DNA from: a virus
Lineage: Duplodnaviria; Caudoviricetes
Strand: one strand, 5' to 3'
Length of the DNA stretch: 36,514 nt
Virus record (IMG/VR): IMGVR_UViG_3300008448_000285
Coordinates: 1 to 36,514 of that record
A model generated the notes under the pieces. That model saw nothing but the letters and a program-made list of their open reading frames with translations, was not told the DNA's origin and did no database searches. Position 1 is the first letter of the stretch, and each line of letters begins with the position of its first letter. Positions 9,363 through 18,075 of the stretch are shown here, in pieces. The position numbers and the translations under genes were made by a program.

Positions 9363-11381
9363 TCAAATACCCAACCGTTTTACTAAGCCATCCGTCCCCA
9401 ATGCCGCCAGCGCTTTGTCAGCCAGCGCAGAGCAGGCGCGTTGAAAAGCCTTCCGCGCCGTGTCCTGAACGAACGTTTTGCCGTCCCGCCGACACTCCCC
9501 GGCCAGCGCGTCATAAAACGCATGTCGCAGTTCAGCTTCTTTGACCTGCCCGCCCATCGCATCCAGAAGCTCCAGCAGCACCTTCTCATGCCCCGCCAGC
9601 CGCACAGCCGCGTTAGCCAGCACCCGCTGTGCCACATCCGACCAGCAAGCCACCAGCGAAGAGAACTCCTCGCCGTCCTCATCCTGACCGAGAACGACAC
9701 GGCGCAATTCAAAGCCCTGCGAGCCCAGCCGGTCGCCGTCCTTTTGCTTAATGAAGTCCAGGCGGGCCAAGAGCGCGCCAGCATCGGGCCGATACGCGCC
9801 CAGCATGAAGTCCACATTGGCCGTGATGGCAGAAGAGCCACGCGGGCGCTCCGTAGCTGCATGGCCTGAGTGATGGATCACTATGACCGTGCAATTGAAG
9901 CGTGCGCGTATGCCCGCGTTGAGCTGGCGCAGATAGCCCGCGATGTCCGTCGCTGAGTTTTCATCGCCAGCAAAGGTCTGCGACAGCGTGTCCACATAGA
10001 CCAGCGCAGGCTTCACGGGCATCGCATCGATGGCCGATGCCAGAAGCTCCACCTGATCAGATAAGCTCAACACCAACGGCGTGATACAGACGGAGAACGC
10101 GTCAGAAACAGGTAGCCTTCGCTCCTGATGCCACGCAGCCACGCGCCTATAGATACCCGCCCCGCCCTCGGCAGCAACGTAAACAACGTGCCCGCGTGCC
10201 GTCTTCTTGCCTAGCCACGGCATGCCATGCGCAACGTGCAAAGCATGATCAAGCGCCACAAAGGACTTGAACGTCCCCGACGCGCCAAACAGCATGCCCA
10301 AGGAGTCAGCCGGGATAACGTGCTTGACCTGCCAACGCACAGCCGCAGAGCGTTTGGCTAGCTCTTCCAGGCTCAGCAGCAAGTCGCCAGGCGCGTCAAC
10401 TGCAGGCGCATCGCCCAGCCGCACCGTGACCGCCACAGGCGCCCTATCAGGCGGCGCAAACTTCTCAGCACTACGCACAGCCCGTGGAATCTCAGCCCGC
10501 CTAGCCGCCCAGCGAGACACTTCCTCCGCAGGCCCTGCCGGACGCACCTGATCCATGAGCGAATAAAGAAAGTCCACCGCCGCGCCCGGATACATGCCGC
10601 CCTTGACCAGCGAGGCCGCCATGCGAATCAGGGCATCGTGATAGGACCGCTCAGACAACGGCGCCGACAGCATAGACAGGGCGTCCCCCGCTGCCGAGCC
10701 CATCGAAATGACCCCATCCGTGCTGTTGCGCGTACGCAACGCCTCGACAGGTTTAGCCCGCAAATCGTCCAGCTCAATGCCGAAAGCGGCGCACGCGTCA
10801 GCTAGCGACCACCGGATCGACGGGTGCCACTCAGCGAGTTGGTGCCGCCACGGGCCAGCGGCTCTAGGCTTGGTGTTAGTCCCATGCGGCAGGCGTACAT
10901 AGCGGGAGATGGCATTGCCAGACTTGTCAGCGCCTAGATGCCCACGCGAGGCCAGCGAGGCCATTACGCGGTCAACCAAGCCCATATCGGCGCAATCCGG
11001 GTCTGCAGGGTCCAGCATGACGCCCACCTGCCACTTACCCGGCGAAGTCTGCAGCGCCCATGAATAGCCCAGCACGCGAGACGGGTCCACATCGTCCGCG
11101 ACCAAAGCCGCCAGGCGCTTGAACGTGGACTTCTGCCGCGCCCACTTACCCGACTCCGCGAAGCCCGCGAGGACTGAAACCGAAAAGTAAGTGTTATCGA
11201 ACGAGGCTGAATCGATCAATTCCGCCTGTCTGTCAGTGCCTCGATAAGCGCGGCCAGACCAGTCGCCGTGCTCAGGAGAGGCCCTAAACGTACAGACCCA
11301 GCCGTATTCATCGACCGCGAGTGGGCCGTAGACCTCGGCCAGGAAGTCGCTGTTTTGCATCGTTGGTGCCGCTGCATCCAT
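9363..11381 (-). CDS. RepB-like primase fused to AAA_25 (RepA-like) helicase
   Basis: Primase motifs LVADDVD, QTSPGKWQ, RYVRLPHGTNTK; Walker A GASGTFKS, Walker B LVYVDT, IHHSG, RGSSA; start may be 11360. Confidence 0.85.
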   Translation of the reverse strand: MDAAAPTMQNSDFLAEVYGPLAVDEYGWVCTFRASPEHGDWSGRAYRGTDRQAELIDSASFDNTYFSVSVLAGFAESGKWARQKSTFKRLAALVADDVDPSRVLGYSWALQTSPGKWQVGVMLDPADPDCADMGLVDRVMASLASRGHLGADKSGNAISRYVRLPHGTNTKPRAAGPWRHQLAEWHPSIRWSLADACAAFGIELDDLRAKPVEALRTRNSTDGVISMGSAAGDALSMLSAPLSERSYHDALIRMAASLVKGGMYPGAAVDFLYSLMDQVRPAGPAEEVSRWAARRAEIPRAVRSAEKFAPPDRAPVAVTVRLGDAPAVDAPGDLLLSLEELAKRSAAVRWQVKHVIPADSLGMLFGASGTFKSFVALDHALHVAHGMPWLGKKTARGHVVYVAAEGGAGIYRRVAAWHQERRLPVSDAFSVCITPLVLSLSDQVELLASAIDAMPVKPALVYVDTLSQTFAGDENSATDIAGYLRQLNAGIRARFNCTVIVIHHSGHAATERPRGSSAITANVDFMLGAYRPDAGALLARLDFIKQKDGDRLGSQGFELRRVVLGQDEDGEEFSSLVACWSDVAQRVLANAAVRLAGHEKVLLELLDAMGGQVKEAELRHAFYDALAGECRRDGKTFVQDTARKAFQRACSALADKALAALGTDGLVKRLGI

Positions 11382-11387
11382 GCGGCC

Positions 11388-11624
11388 TCAACGCTTGGCA
11401 AGTTCTGACAGCGTGACCGATACGCCCCGCGCTTTGGCCATCTTCTGCAGCGCAGACCAATGGCGCACGGGCACGGTTCCCCCGGTGCCCTCTGGCACGG
11501 GCGTACACCAGCGGGACAAAGTAGACGGCGCAACCTTCAACTCTGCTGAGACTGCCGACTTACCGCCCAGGCGCTCAAGGATGCTGAAGGCGGGCTCTAG
11601 TTTGTGTTTGGTTTCTATGCTCAT
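11388..11624 (-). CDS. Cro-like HTH regulator
   Basis: LGGKSAVSAELKVAPSTLSRW...GGTVP HTH; divergent from the cI-like gene. Confidence 0.75.
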   Translation of the reverse strand: MSIETKHKLEPAFSILERLGGKSAVSAELKVAPSTLSRWCTPVPEGTGGTVPVRHWSALQKMAKARGVSVTLSELAKR

Positions 11625-11653
11625 AAGGAAATGATGTTGATGAATGGGGATGG

Positions 11654-11693
11654 TGCGATTGACGCAACAGTGACTTTAGCGCAATCTAAGCCG
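11654..11693 (+). promoter_or_regulatory. Switch region: tandem operators and probable leaderless repressor promoter
   Basis: TGCG-ATTGA-CGCA (11654-11666) and TGAC-TTTAG-CGCA (11671-11683); TTGACG-17-CAATCT ending 6 nt before ATG 11694. Confidence 0.55.
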
Positions 11694-12275
11694 ATGAACA
11701 CCAAATGGTTCCGGCGACAACTTCACGACAAGCACTTAAGCCAGCGCGGCCTAGCCAAGCTGCTGAACATCGACCCTGCGGCGGTTTCCCTGATGCTCAG
11801 GGGACAGCGCAGGATGACGCTAGCGGAGGCGCATCGTATTAGCGAAATCCTCGGCGTTGCAACCTCGGAAGTCCTGCGGGAAGCTGGCATACCCACCGAT
11901 GACGGCATCAAGCGCGTCCCCATCAGCGGCATCTGCGGCAGCGAAGGCATCGTGCAACTGCTGGCGGCGCGTACACATGAGAAGGTGGTTGCGCCCGCAG
12001 ACGTCCCCTCGGACGCGTACGCCATCCAATGCCGCGAGCCAGGGCACTGCAAGGACGGGTGGTTGCTGTTCATCTCCGCAGCTCAGCAAGACCCAAAAGA
12101 ACGCTTGGAAGCAATGAACCTGTGCGCCTTAACAGACGGGCGCCAAGTGCTGGCGTACATCCGCCGTGGTTACCGCCGCGACACGTTCAACCTCACGCTG
12201 ATCACAGACGCGGCCAAGCTGCTGCAAGACCAGCAGGTGAGCTGGGCCTCGCCCGTGCTCTGGATACGTCCGTAG
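11694..12275 (+). CDS. CI-like repressor (XRE HTH plus degenerate S24-like domain)
   Basis: LSQRGLAKLLNIDPAAVSLMLRGQR HTH; beta-rich C-terminal domain laid out like S24. Confidence 0.75.
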   Translation: MNTKWFRRQLHDKHLSQRGLAKLLNIDPAAVSLMLRGQRRMTLAEAHRISEILGVATSEVLREAGIPTDDGIKRVPISGICGSEGIVQLLAARTHEKVVAPADVPSDAYAIQCREPGHCKDGWLLFISAAQQDPKERLEAMNLCALTDGRQVLAYIRRGYRRDTFNLTLITDAAKLLQDQQVSWASPVLWIRP

Positions 12276-12367
12276 CGGATACGCAACTGCCCGACTGAAT
12301 TACTCGGCAATGCTCCGTGTGTGCGCTTTCCTCATTACGATGGCGCCACATCAACCCCGGAGCAACC

Positions 12368-12559
12368 ATGAAATTACTCAACCCCTTTCGCAACCTGTCC
12401 GCAGAAGAACTGATCGCCCGCGAGCTTGACCAAGCTAGACGCGGCTTGCTGGAAGCCCAGACAGCCCGCGACTACGCCAGCGCAATGGTTCTCTACCACG
12501 AGACGCGCATCGACCGCCTGCGCTCGCAACTGGAAGTGATGAGCCAGGAGGAGGCATGA
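12368..12559 (+). CDS. Small coiled-coil hypothetical protein
   Basis: GGAG RBS, ATG 12368, ATGA coupling to the next gene. Confidence 0.7.
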   Translation: MKLLNPFRNLSAEELIARELDQARRGLLEAQTARDYASAMVLYHETRIDRLRSQLEVMSQEEA

Positions 12560-12774
12560 CCCGCGACAACATCATTCGCATGGCGCACACGGCCAACTTT
12601 GAAGGGTTTGGCAATGGCGATTGGGTTTGCACTACAGAAGAGATCGAACGCTTCGCCGCCCTTGTCGCCGCCGCCGAGCGCGAGGCGTGTGCAGACATCT
12701 GCGACCAGCACGCCAGCATTGAAGGCATCTCGCAACGCTGCGCTGACGCAATTCGCGCAAGGGGGCATGCATGA
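12556..12774 (+). CDS. Conserved phage hypothetical protein (ERFAALVAAAEREACA family)
   Basis: Recurrent phage motif; GGAGG RBS. Confidence 0.75.
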   Translation: MTRDNIIRMAHTANFEGFGNGDWVCTTEEIERFAALVAAAEREACADICDQHASIEGISQRCADAIRARGHA

Positions 12775-12953
12775 GCAACCACAGCAACGTGCGCGACTAC
12801 ACCATGAACCAGCGCGGCTCTGGCCCCGGCATGGCGTTTCGTAAGAATTGCTCAGCCTGCAACCAGAAAAAAGAGATACGCGGCGGCTCGCTTTACACGC
12901 GGCTGAAGTTGTGGCGCTGCGCTGATTGCACGCAGAAAGCGAGCGCCAAATGA
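12771..12953 (+). CDS. Small Zn-finger protein
   Basis: CSAC and CADC pairs; ATGA overlaps at both ends. Confidence 0.65.
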   Translation: MSNHSNVRDYTMNQRGSGPGMAFRKNCSACNQKKEIRGGSLYTRLKLWRCADCTQKASAK

Positions 12954-13171
12954 CCGTCAAACTGAATGGCGACAAGTCAGCCGCAGTAGATCAAGACTAT
13001 TTCTGGAGGCCGCTGCACACCTGCCCACTGTCGGCCAAAGTGCAGCTCTTAACCACGGGCGGCGTTGCTGTTTACGGCCAATACGCGCCAGGCACGGGCG
13101 GCTATCTCGGCTGGGCACCGTTGCCCAAAAAGCCGGGATGGATGGAAGGGAGTCAGCCTCATGGCTACTAA
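12950..13171 (+). CDS. Hypothetical protein (DUF551-like)
   Basis: WRPLHTCP...KVQLL...GWAPLP pattern. Confidence 0.6.
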   Translation: MTVKLNGDKSAAVDQDYFWRPLHTCPLSAKVQLLTTGGVAVYGQYAPGTGGYLGWAPLPKKPGWMEGSQPHGY

Positions 13172-13180
13172 GGAGCGCGC

Positions 13181-13567
13181 ATGAACACCTACGAAGAATA
13201 CGCCCGCAAGCGCCAAGAGATCGTGGAGCTGTGCAAGATACCGCGCACAACGCGGGAAATCTTGGACCGCGTTGACTGCAGCACAACCACCATCAAGCGC
13301 GTAGTGCGTGAAGGCCACATCCACAACATCGGCCATGCGTACAAAGCGCAGTACAAGACCATCCCCAAAGCGCCTGAGCTGCTTGAGGTGCGCAAGAACG
13401 CCAGCAACCCGCCCGCAAGGGAAATCATCCAGGCCGCGTCGGTCTGGGAATACGCAAGGAGAGTGCAATGGAACGTACAGAAAGCTGCTGCAGCAACCAA
13501 TGCAGCCAAGGCCGCGCCTGCCCAGCCCGCCAAGCGTGCGAGCTTCCAGAAAACAGCTCACGCATGA
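13181..13567 (+). CDS. Hypothetical protein, possible winged HTH
   Basis: AAGGAG RBS; PRTTREILDRVDCSTTTIKRVVREGHI. Confidence 0.55.
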   Translation: MNTYEEYARKRQEIVELCKIPRTTREILDRVDCSTTTIKRVVREGHIHNIGHAYKAQYKTIPKAPELLEVRKNASNPPAREIIQAASVWEYARRVQWNVQKAAAATNAAKAAPAQPAKRASFQKTAHA

Positions 13568-13656
13568 GCGTGTACATGGTCGATCTGCTTATGGCTATTG
13601 GCGTGACCGCATGCGTAGCCTTGGTCGTTATCGCGTTAGCGCACCTGTACCGATGA
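13564..13656 (+). CDS. 30-aa membrane peptide
   Basis: Hydrophobic run; ATGA overlaps at both ends. Confidence 0.45.
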   Translation: MSVYMVDLLMAIGVTACVALVVIALAHLYR

Positions 13657-13847
13657 AGTGCCCAACCTGCCACAAATGGTGCGAAGTGCTGGAAACCGTG
13701 CAACGCCGCGACAACTCAACCCGTCGCCGCTACCAATGCGCCAACCTGCACCGATTTACAACACTTGAGAAAGTTGTTGACTCAAGTATTGCGATTCCCG
13801 CATCAGCATGCTCCAATCCAATCCCCAACCCAACGAGCCAACGATGA
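13653..13847 (+). CDS. NrdR-N-like Zn-ribbon protein
   Basis: MKCPTC...VLET...TRRRYQC...HRFTTLE. Confidence 0.75.
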   Translation: MKCPTCHKWCEVLETVQRRDNSTRRRYQCANLHRFTTLEKVVDSSIAIPASACSNPIPNPTSQR

Positions 13848-13972
13848 ACACACTCCCCAATGGTCGCAAGGCGCCCACCGCCCCACCCGGCTGGCCCTTC
13901 GGAACCGTCAAGCCGCCGACACAGGCGGCAGCCAGGCGAGAGGCCGCTAACGGCCCCGCCGCACCCTTCTAG
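13844..13972 (+). CDS. 42-aa Pro-rich hypothetical protein (absent from ORF track)
   Basis: MNTLPNGRKAPTAPPGWPFGTVKPPTQAAARREAANGPAAPF, preceded by the CAACGAGCCAACGATG leader. Confidence 0.5.
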   Translation: MNTLPNGRKAPTAPPGWPFGTVKPPTQAAARREAANGPAAPF

Positions 13973-13998
13973 ACCCACCACAACCAACGAGGCCCAAC

Positions 13999-14385
13999 AT
14001 GAGCGAGATAGACAAACTGGCAACGCTATGGAGCATTGCCAAGCAACGAGAAGAAGCCGCTAAGGCAGAGCGCATTGGCATTGAGGAAGAAATCCTCAAG
14101 CTGCACCCAGCAAGAGAAGAAGGCTCCGACACGTTCACCACGGACAAGGGCACGCGCATCAAGCTCACCGGCAAGGTGACGTACAAGTGCGATGTTGACG
14201 CGCTCATCCTGCTGACGGGCTCATGGCCCGCCGACATCCGCCCCATCAAGACCAAGGTGGAAGCGGATGACACGCGGCTGAAGGCCATCCGCGCAGAGCG
14301 CCCTGACCTGTGGCGCTCCATCGCGCAAGCGGTGGAAACCAAGCCCGCCAAGACCGCAGTCGAAATCAAGTTTGCGGGCAAGTGA
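13999..14385 (+). CDS. Conserved hypothetical protein of the recombination module
   Basis: 128 aa, GAGG RBS, upstream of Sak4/SSB. Confidence 0.7.
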   Translation: MSEIDKLATLWSIAKQREEAAKAERIGIEEEILKLHPAREEGSDTFTTDKGTRIKLTGKVTYKCDVDALILLTGSWPADIRPIKTKVEADDTRLKAIRAERPDLWRSIAQAVETKPAKTAVEIKFAGK

Positions 14386-14693
14386 TGCTCGGCGCGTCAC
14401 TGCGAGACGCGGGGATTGCACGCGTCATGGAGTCTGCGCAGCCGTGGGCAGATGAGGCGCAAGCCGCGTTTGCTCACTGGCTCATCCACTGCGCTACTGA
14501 AGAGTTTTCATTGGAGCAGTTCAGAGCTTGGGCGGAAGCCAACGGCCTGCCGCAGCCCCATCACCCAAACGCGTGGGGTGGCCTGACCAAGAAGCTGGCG
14601 CCCTACATCACACCCGTTGGATACACACAGAGCACACGCAGTGCAGCGCATGCACGCGTGACTCGTACATACAGAAAGAAGTCACATGTTTAA
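14385..14693 (+). CDS. Hypothetical protein (LRDAGI...PHHPNAWG family)
   Basis: TGATG coupling; recurrent phage motif. Confidence 0.65.
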   Translation: MLGASLRDAGIARVMESAQPWADEAQAAFAHWLIHCATEEFSLEQFRAWAEANGLPQPHHPNAWGGLTKKLAPYITPVGYTQSTRSAAHARVTRTYRKKSHV

Positions 14694-15411
14694 CCTCAAG
14701 TCCATCAAGAAAAACACAGCCCTCGCGGCGCCGCGCATCTTTCTTTACGGCGTCGAAGGCATTGGCAAGACCACGTTTGCATCGCAAGCGCCAAAGCCCA
14801 TCTTTATCTGCACAGAGGACGGTCTTGGCTCGCTGCAGGTGGATCACTTCCCGCTGGCAACTAAGGCCAGCGAAGTGCTGGACGCCATCGGCTCGCTGGT
14901 CACTGAGCCCCATGACTTCGGCACGGTGGTGCTCGATAGCGTGGACTGGCTCGATAACCTGATCTGGGCAGAAGTCGAAGCCACGCATGACGCCAAAGAC
15001 TTGGCCTATGGCAAGGGCGCCATGATCGTTGCGGACAAGTGGCGCGAGGTGCTGGCTGGCCTGAACACGCTGCGCAATGACAAGGGCATGGTGGTCATCC
15101 TGATCGCGCACACGCAGATCAAGCGGTTTGACTCGCCAGAGGTTGAGCCCTTCGACCGCTATCAGCCCAAGCTGCAGGAGCGCAGCAACGCGATTCTGCG
15201 CGAGTGGGCAGACGCTGTGCTGTTTGCCAACTACAAGACGCTGATTAAGAAGGATGACGTCGGGTTCAACAAGACGTCCAACCGTGGCATCAGCACGGGC
15301 GAGCGCCTGCTGTATACCAGCGAGCGCCCCGCGTACATGGCAAAGAATCGCTACTCCCTTCCAGACTCAATCCCGATGTCGTGGGAGTCTTTCGCTCAGG
15401 CAATCGCCTGA
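14686..15411 (+). CDS. sak4: Sak4-like ssDNA annealing ATPase (AAA_24)
   Basis: Walker A GVEGIGKTT, Walker B TVVLDS, LIAH, AKNRY; adjacent to DUF669. Confidence 0.85.
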   Translation: MFNLKSIKKNTALAAPRIFLYGVEGIGKTTFASQAPKPIFICTEDGLGSLQVDHFPLATKASEVLDAIGSLVTEPHDFGTVVLDSVDWLDNLIWAEVEATHDAKDLAYGKGAMIVADKWREVLAGLNTLRNDKGMVVILIAHTQIKRFDSPEVEPFDRYQPKLQERSNAILREWADAVLFANYKTLIKKDDVGFNKTSNRGISTGERLLYTSERPAYMAKNRYSLPDSIPMSWESFAQAIA

Positions 15412-15440
15412 TTTACCAACGAGCCAACCAAAGGACAAAC

Positions 15441-15899
15441 ATGGCCCGCTTCACTTTCAACGCCAACGATGCCCCCGTTTCACAAGCGCCCACCCGTGGC
15501 CCGCTGCCCCCTGGCAAGTACGAATGCATCATCACCAAGTCAGACATCCGCGATACCAAGGCTGGCACCGGCCAGTACATCGAGCTTGAGATGCAGATTA
15601 CTGACGGTGAGTTCTCAGGCCGCCGCCTGTGGGAGCGCCTGAACATCAGCAACCCAAACAAGCAGGCCGAGGACATCGCCAAGGCTGCGCTGGGCGCTCT
15701 GTGCATGGCAGTCAATGTTTTGGACATGGATGACACTGAGCAGTTGCATGACATCCCGTTCCTGATTCAGGTCGAGATTGACCGCAAGGAGCCGGATCGC
15801 AATCGCATCGTCGGTTACGGCGCCGCCAAGGCTGCAGCGCCAGCGCCTGCCGCTAAGCCCGCCGCGCCTGCAGGTGGTTCGCGCCCCTGGGCACGTTGA
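15441..15899 (+). CDS. DUF669 ssDNA-binding protein
   Basis: PLPPGKY...TKAGTGQY...GRRLWERLN...PW tail; AAGGA RBS. Confidence 0.8.
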   Translation: MARFTFNANDAPVSQAPTRGPLPPGKYECIITKSDIRDTKAGTGQYIELEMQITDGEFSGRRLWERLNISNPNKQAEDIAKAALGALCMAVNVLDMDDTEQLHDIPFLIQVEIDRKEPDRNRIVGYGAAKAAAPAPAAKPAAPAGGSRPWAR

Positions 15900-15984
15900 T
15901 CAATAGGTGGCCGGTAGTCCGGTGAGCGTCGAAGTCTCCAGTGACGCAATAGCCCACGGTTGCGCGTGGGCCACCTCCTTAACC

Positions 15985-17154
15985 ATGAAGATACCCATGA
16001 GCCAACACACAACCAGCGCGGCCATCGTCAAGTGGTACGAGAGCAAACCGCAAGAACACAGGCCGCACATGGGCGCCAGCCTCATCGGCCATGACTGCGA
16101 ACGCTACATCTGGAACACCTGGCGCTGGGCGCTCAAGCCCTCGTTTCCTGGCCGCATCCTGCGCTTGTTCAGCAGTGGCGTGCGCGAAGAGCCGCGTCTG
16201 ATTGAAGAGCTGCGTGGCATTGGCGCGACCGTCTGGGAGACAGACCCCGACACTGGCGCACAGTGGCGTGTGAGCGCGTGCAACGGCCACTTCGGCGGCA
16301 GCCTCGATGGCGTGGCGCAAGGCGTGCCAGAAGCGCCGAAGAGCCCATGCGTGCTGGAGTTCAAGACACACAACGACAAGTCATACACGGCTCTCGTTGC
16401 CAAGAAGGTCAAAGAGGCCAAGCCCCAGCACTATGACCAGATGCAGGTCTACATGGGACTCATGCAGATCGACCGCGCTCTATACATGGGCGTGAACAAG
16501 AACACAGATGATGTGTACACCGAATGGGTCCATTTCGATGAGGACCGATTCAAGCATTTGCTACTGAAAGCACAGCGCCTCATTGACATGACAGAGCCAC
16601 CACAGCGCCTGTCAGAAGACCCGGCACATTGGCAATGCAAGATGTGCAACTTCCACCCCGTGTGTCACGGCGACAAGGCGGCGGAAGCCAACTGCCGTAC
16701 CTGCTGCCACGCCACGCCAGCGACCAAGGCTGAATGGAAGTGCGAGGCCAAGGGCGTGACGCTTAACGATGCCATGCAAAAGGCAGGCTGCAGCCAGCAC
16801 CTGATGATCCCCGCGCTGGTGCCGTATGCCACGCCCACAGACGGCGGCGACAACTACGTCATCTACACGCACAAGGCATCAGGCAAGCAGTTCAGCAACG
16901 GCCCCGGCCCTGAGCCACGCTTCTCATCGCGTGAGCTGGAGCACTGCCCAGGCGCGCTGATTGAGGATGTGGGCGCGATGAAAGAGGTGTTCACCACGGC
17001 CAAGGTGGTTAAGCCTACGGCAGTTGACCCGTGGCCTGATATGCCCAGCGATGACTTGGACGCGATACCCACCAAGCGCGACACGCAGGCTGTGCGCGAG
17101 AAGAAGACGCGCATCAGCAAGTCACTTGATACGTTGAGGAGCTTTCAGCCATGA
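15985..17154 (+). CDS. Cas4-like / PD-(D/E)XK exonuclease with Cys clusters
   Basis: GASLIGHDCER, GSLDG, LEFKT, QMQVYM, CKMC....C, CRTC. Confidence 0.85.
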   Translation: MKIPMSQHTTSAAIVKWYESKPQEHRPHMGASLIGHDCERYIWNTWRWALKPSFPGRILRLFSSGVREEPRLIEELRGIGATVWETDPDTGAQWRVSACNGHFGGSLDGVAQGVPEAPKSPCVLEFKTHNDKSYTALVAKKVKEAKPQHYDQMQVYMGLMQIDRALYMGVNKNTDDVYTEWVHFDEDRFKHLLLKAQRLIDMTEPPQRLSEDPAHWQCKMCNFHPVCHGDKAAEANCRTCCHATPATKAEWKCEAKGVTLNDAMQKAGCSQHLMIPALVPYATPTDGGDNYVIYTHKASGKQFSNGPGPEPRFSSRELEHCPGALIEDVGAMKEVFTTAKVVKPTAVDPWPDMPSDDLDAIPTKRDTQAVREKKTRISKSLDTLRSFQP

Positions 17155-17399
17155 GCGGGAATTTTGAGGTGTTGCCACCGGGCAACTACATCAGCGTGGA
17201 AACGCATGGCCGCATCTGCAAAGAGCTGCACGCAGAGATTCGCAAGCTGATTCTGGAGAACGAGCGCCTGCGTAGCCGCCTGCACAGCCCGCTGTGCATC
17301 GAGGACATCGAGCAAGCGTGGGATCGCACGCAGTTCAACGGGCGGGCGCCCATCAGCTTTGCGCGTGAGATTGAGAAGGTTCTGAAAGGCGAGGTATGA
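17151..17399 (+). CDS. Hypothetical protein
   Basis: GAGGAG RBS, ATGA overlaps. Confidence 0.65.
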   Translation: MSGNFEVLPPGNYISVETHGRICKELHAEIRKLILENERLRSRLHSPLCIEDIEQAWDRTQFNGRAPISFAREIEKVLKGEV

Positions 17400-17560
17400 C
17401 CACTCAGGAATTGCTGGCTCAGATGCGACTGCTAAGCGGGCTGGAATCGTTTTGCTTGAGTAGCAAAGAACGCATGCCCGACTACTTGCTTGAACGCCTG
17501 TGCGATTGCGTTGATGTCTTGGAGCGCGAGCTTCTGAAGCGAACGAAAGAACACCAATGA
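17396..17560 (+). CDS. 54-aa hypothetical protein (absent from ORF track)
   Basis: MTTQELLAQMRLLSGLESFCLSSKERMPDYLLERLCDCVDVLERELLKRTKEHQ; ATGA overlaps at both ends. Confidence 0.6.
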   Translation: MTTQELLAQMRLLSGLESFCLSSKERMPDYLLERLCDCVDVLERELLKRTKEHQ

Positions 17561-18042
17561 ACTATGTGATCGGCGTGGACCCAGGCATCCACGGCGCAGT
17601 GGCCGTGCTGACGCAGGACGGCAAGCTGGTCGAGGTGTTTGACATGCCCACGATGGAGGTGAAGGTGGGCAAGGCCACCAAGAACCGCATCAGCCCGGAA
17701 CTGCTGGCCGCAGAGCTGCGAGGCCGCGCTGAGTACACGGTTGCCGCTTACATTGAGTCTGTGAGCGCCAGCCCACAGATGGGCGTGACGTCAGCGTTTG
17801 CCTTTGGCGAGGCGCTGGGCATCGTCAAGGGCGTGCTGGCTGCGATGCACATACCAGTCACTCTGGTGCCGCCTGCCAAGTGGAAGCGGGACATGAACCT
17901 TAACCAGAGCAAAGATGGTTCACGCGCCAAGGCCATTGCGCTGTGGCCCGCCCAAGCGGGTGAGTTCAAGCGGGCAAAGGACGATGGCAGGGCAGAAGCC
18001 TGCCTAATCGCACACTGGGGTATTGCGCTTTCCGCACCTTGA
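17557..18042 (+). CDS. RuvC-like Holliday junction resolvase
   Basis: IGVDPG, YIESV, PAKWK, DGRAEA catalytic pattern. Confidence 0.85.
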   Translation: MNYVIGVDPGIHGAVAVLTQDGKLVEVFDMPTMEVKVGKATKNRISPELLAAELRGRAEYTVAAYIESVSASPQMGVTSAFAFGEALGIVKGVLAAMHIPVTLVPPAKWKRDMNLNQSKDGSRAKAIALWPAQAGEFKRAKDDGRAEACLIAHWGIALSAP

Positions 18043-18051
18043 TGTGAGAAT
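18023..18051 (+). promoter_or_regulatory. Putative integrase promoter overlapped by an operator
   Basis: TTGCGC-17-GAGAAT with TG extension; TGCG-CTTTC-CGCA at 18024-18036. Confidence 0.45.
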
Positions 18052-18075
18052 GACTCCACCTAACAGGAGAGTCAC

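Noticed and set aside
9272-9544. 90-aa plus-strand ORF
   Set aside because: Lies over the iteron array after a terminator and is antisense to the helicase end.
15985-17154. CRISPR-associated cas4
   Set aside because: No cas1/cas2 or array; the Sak4-SSB-nuclease context indicates a phage recombination exonuclease.
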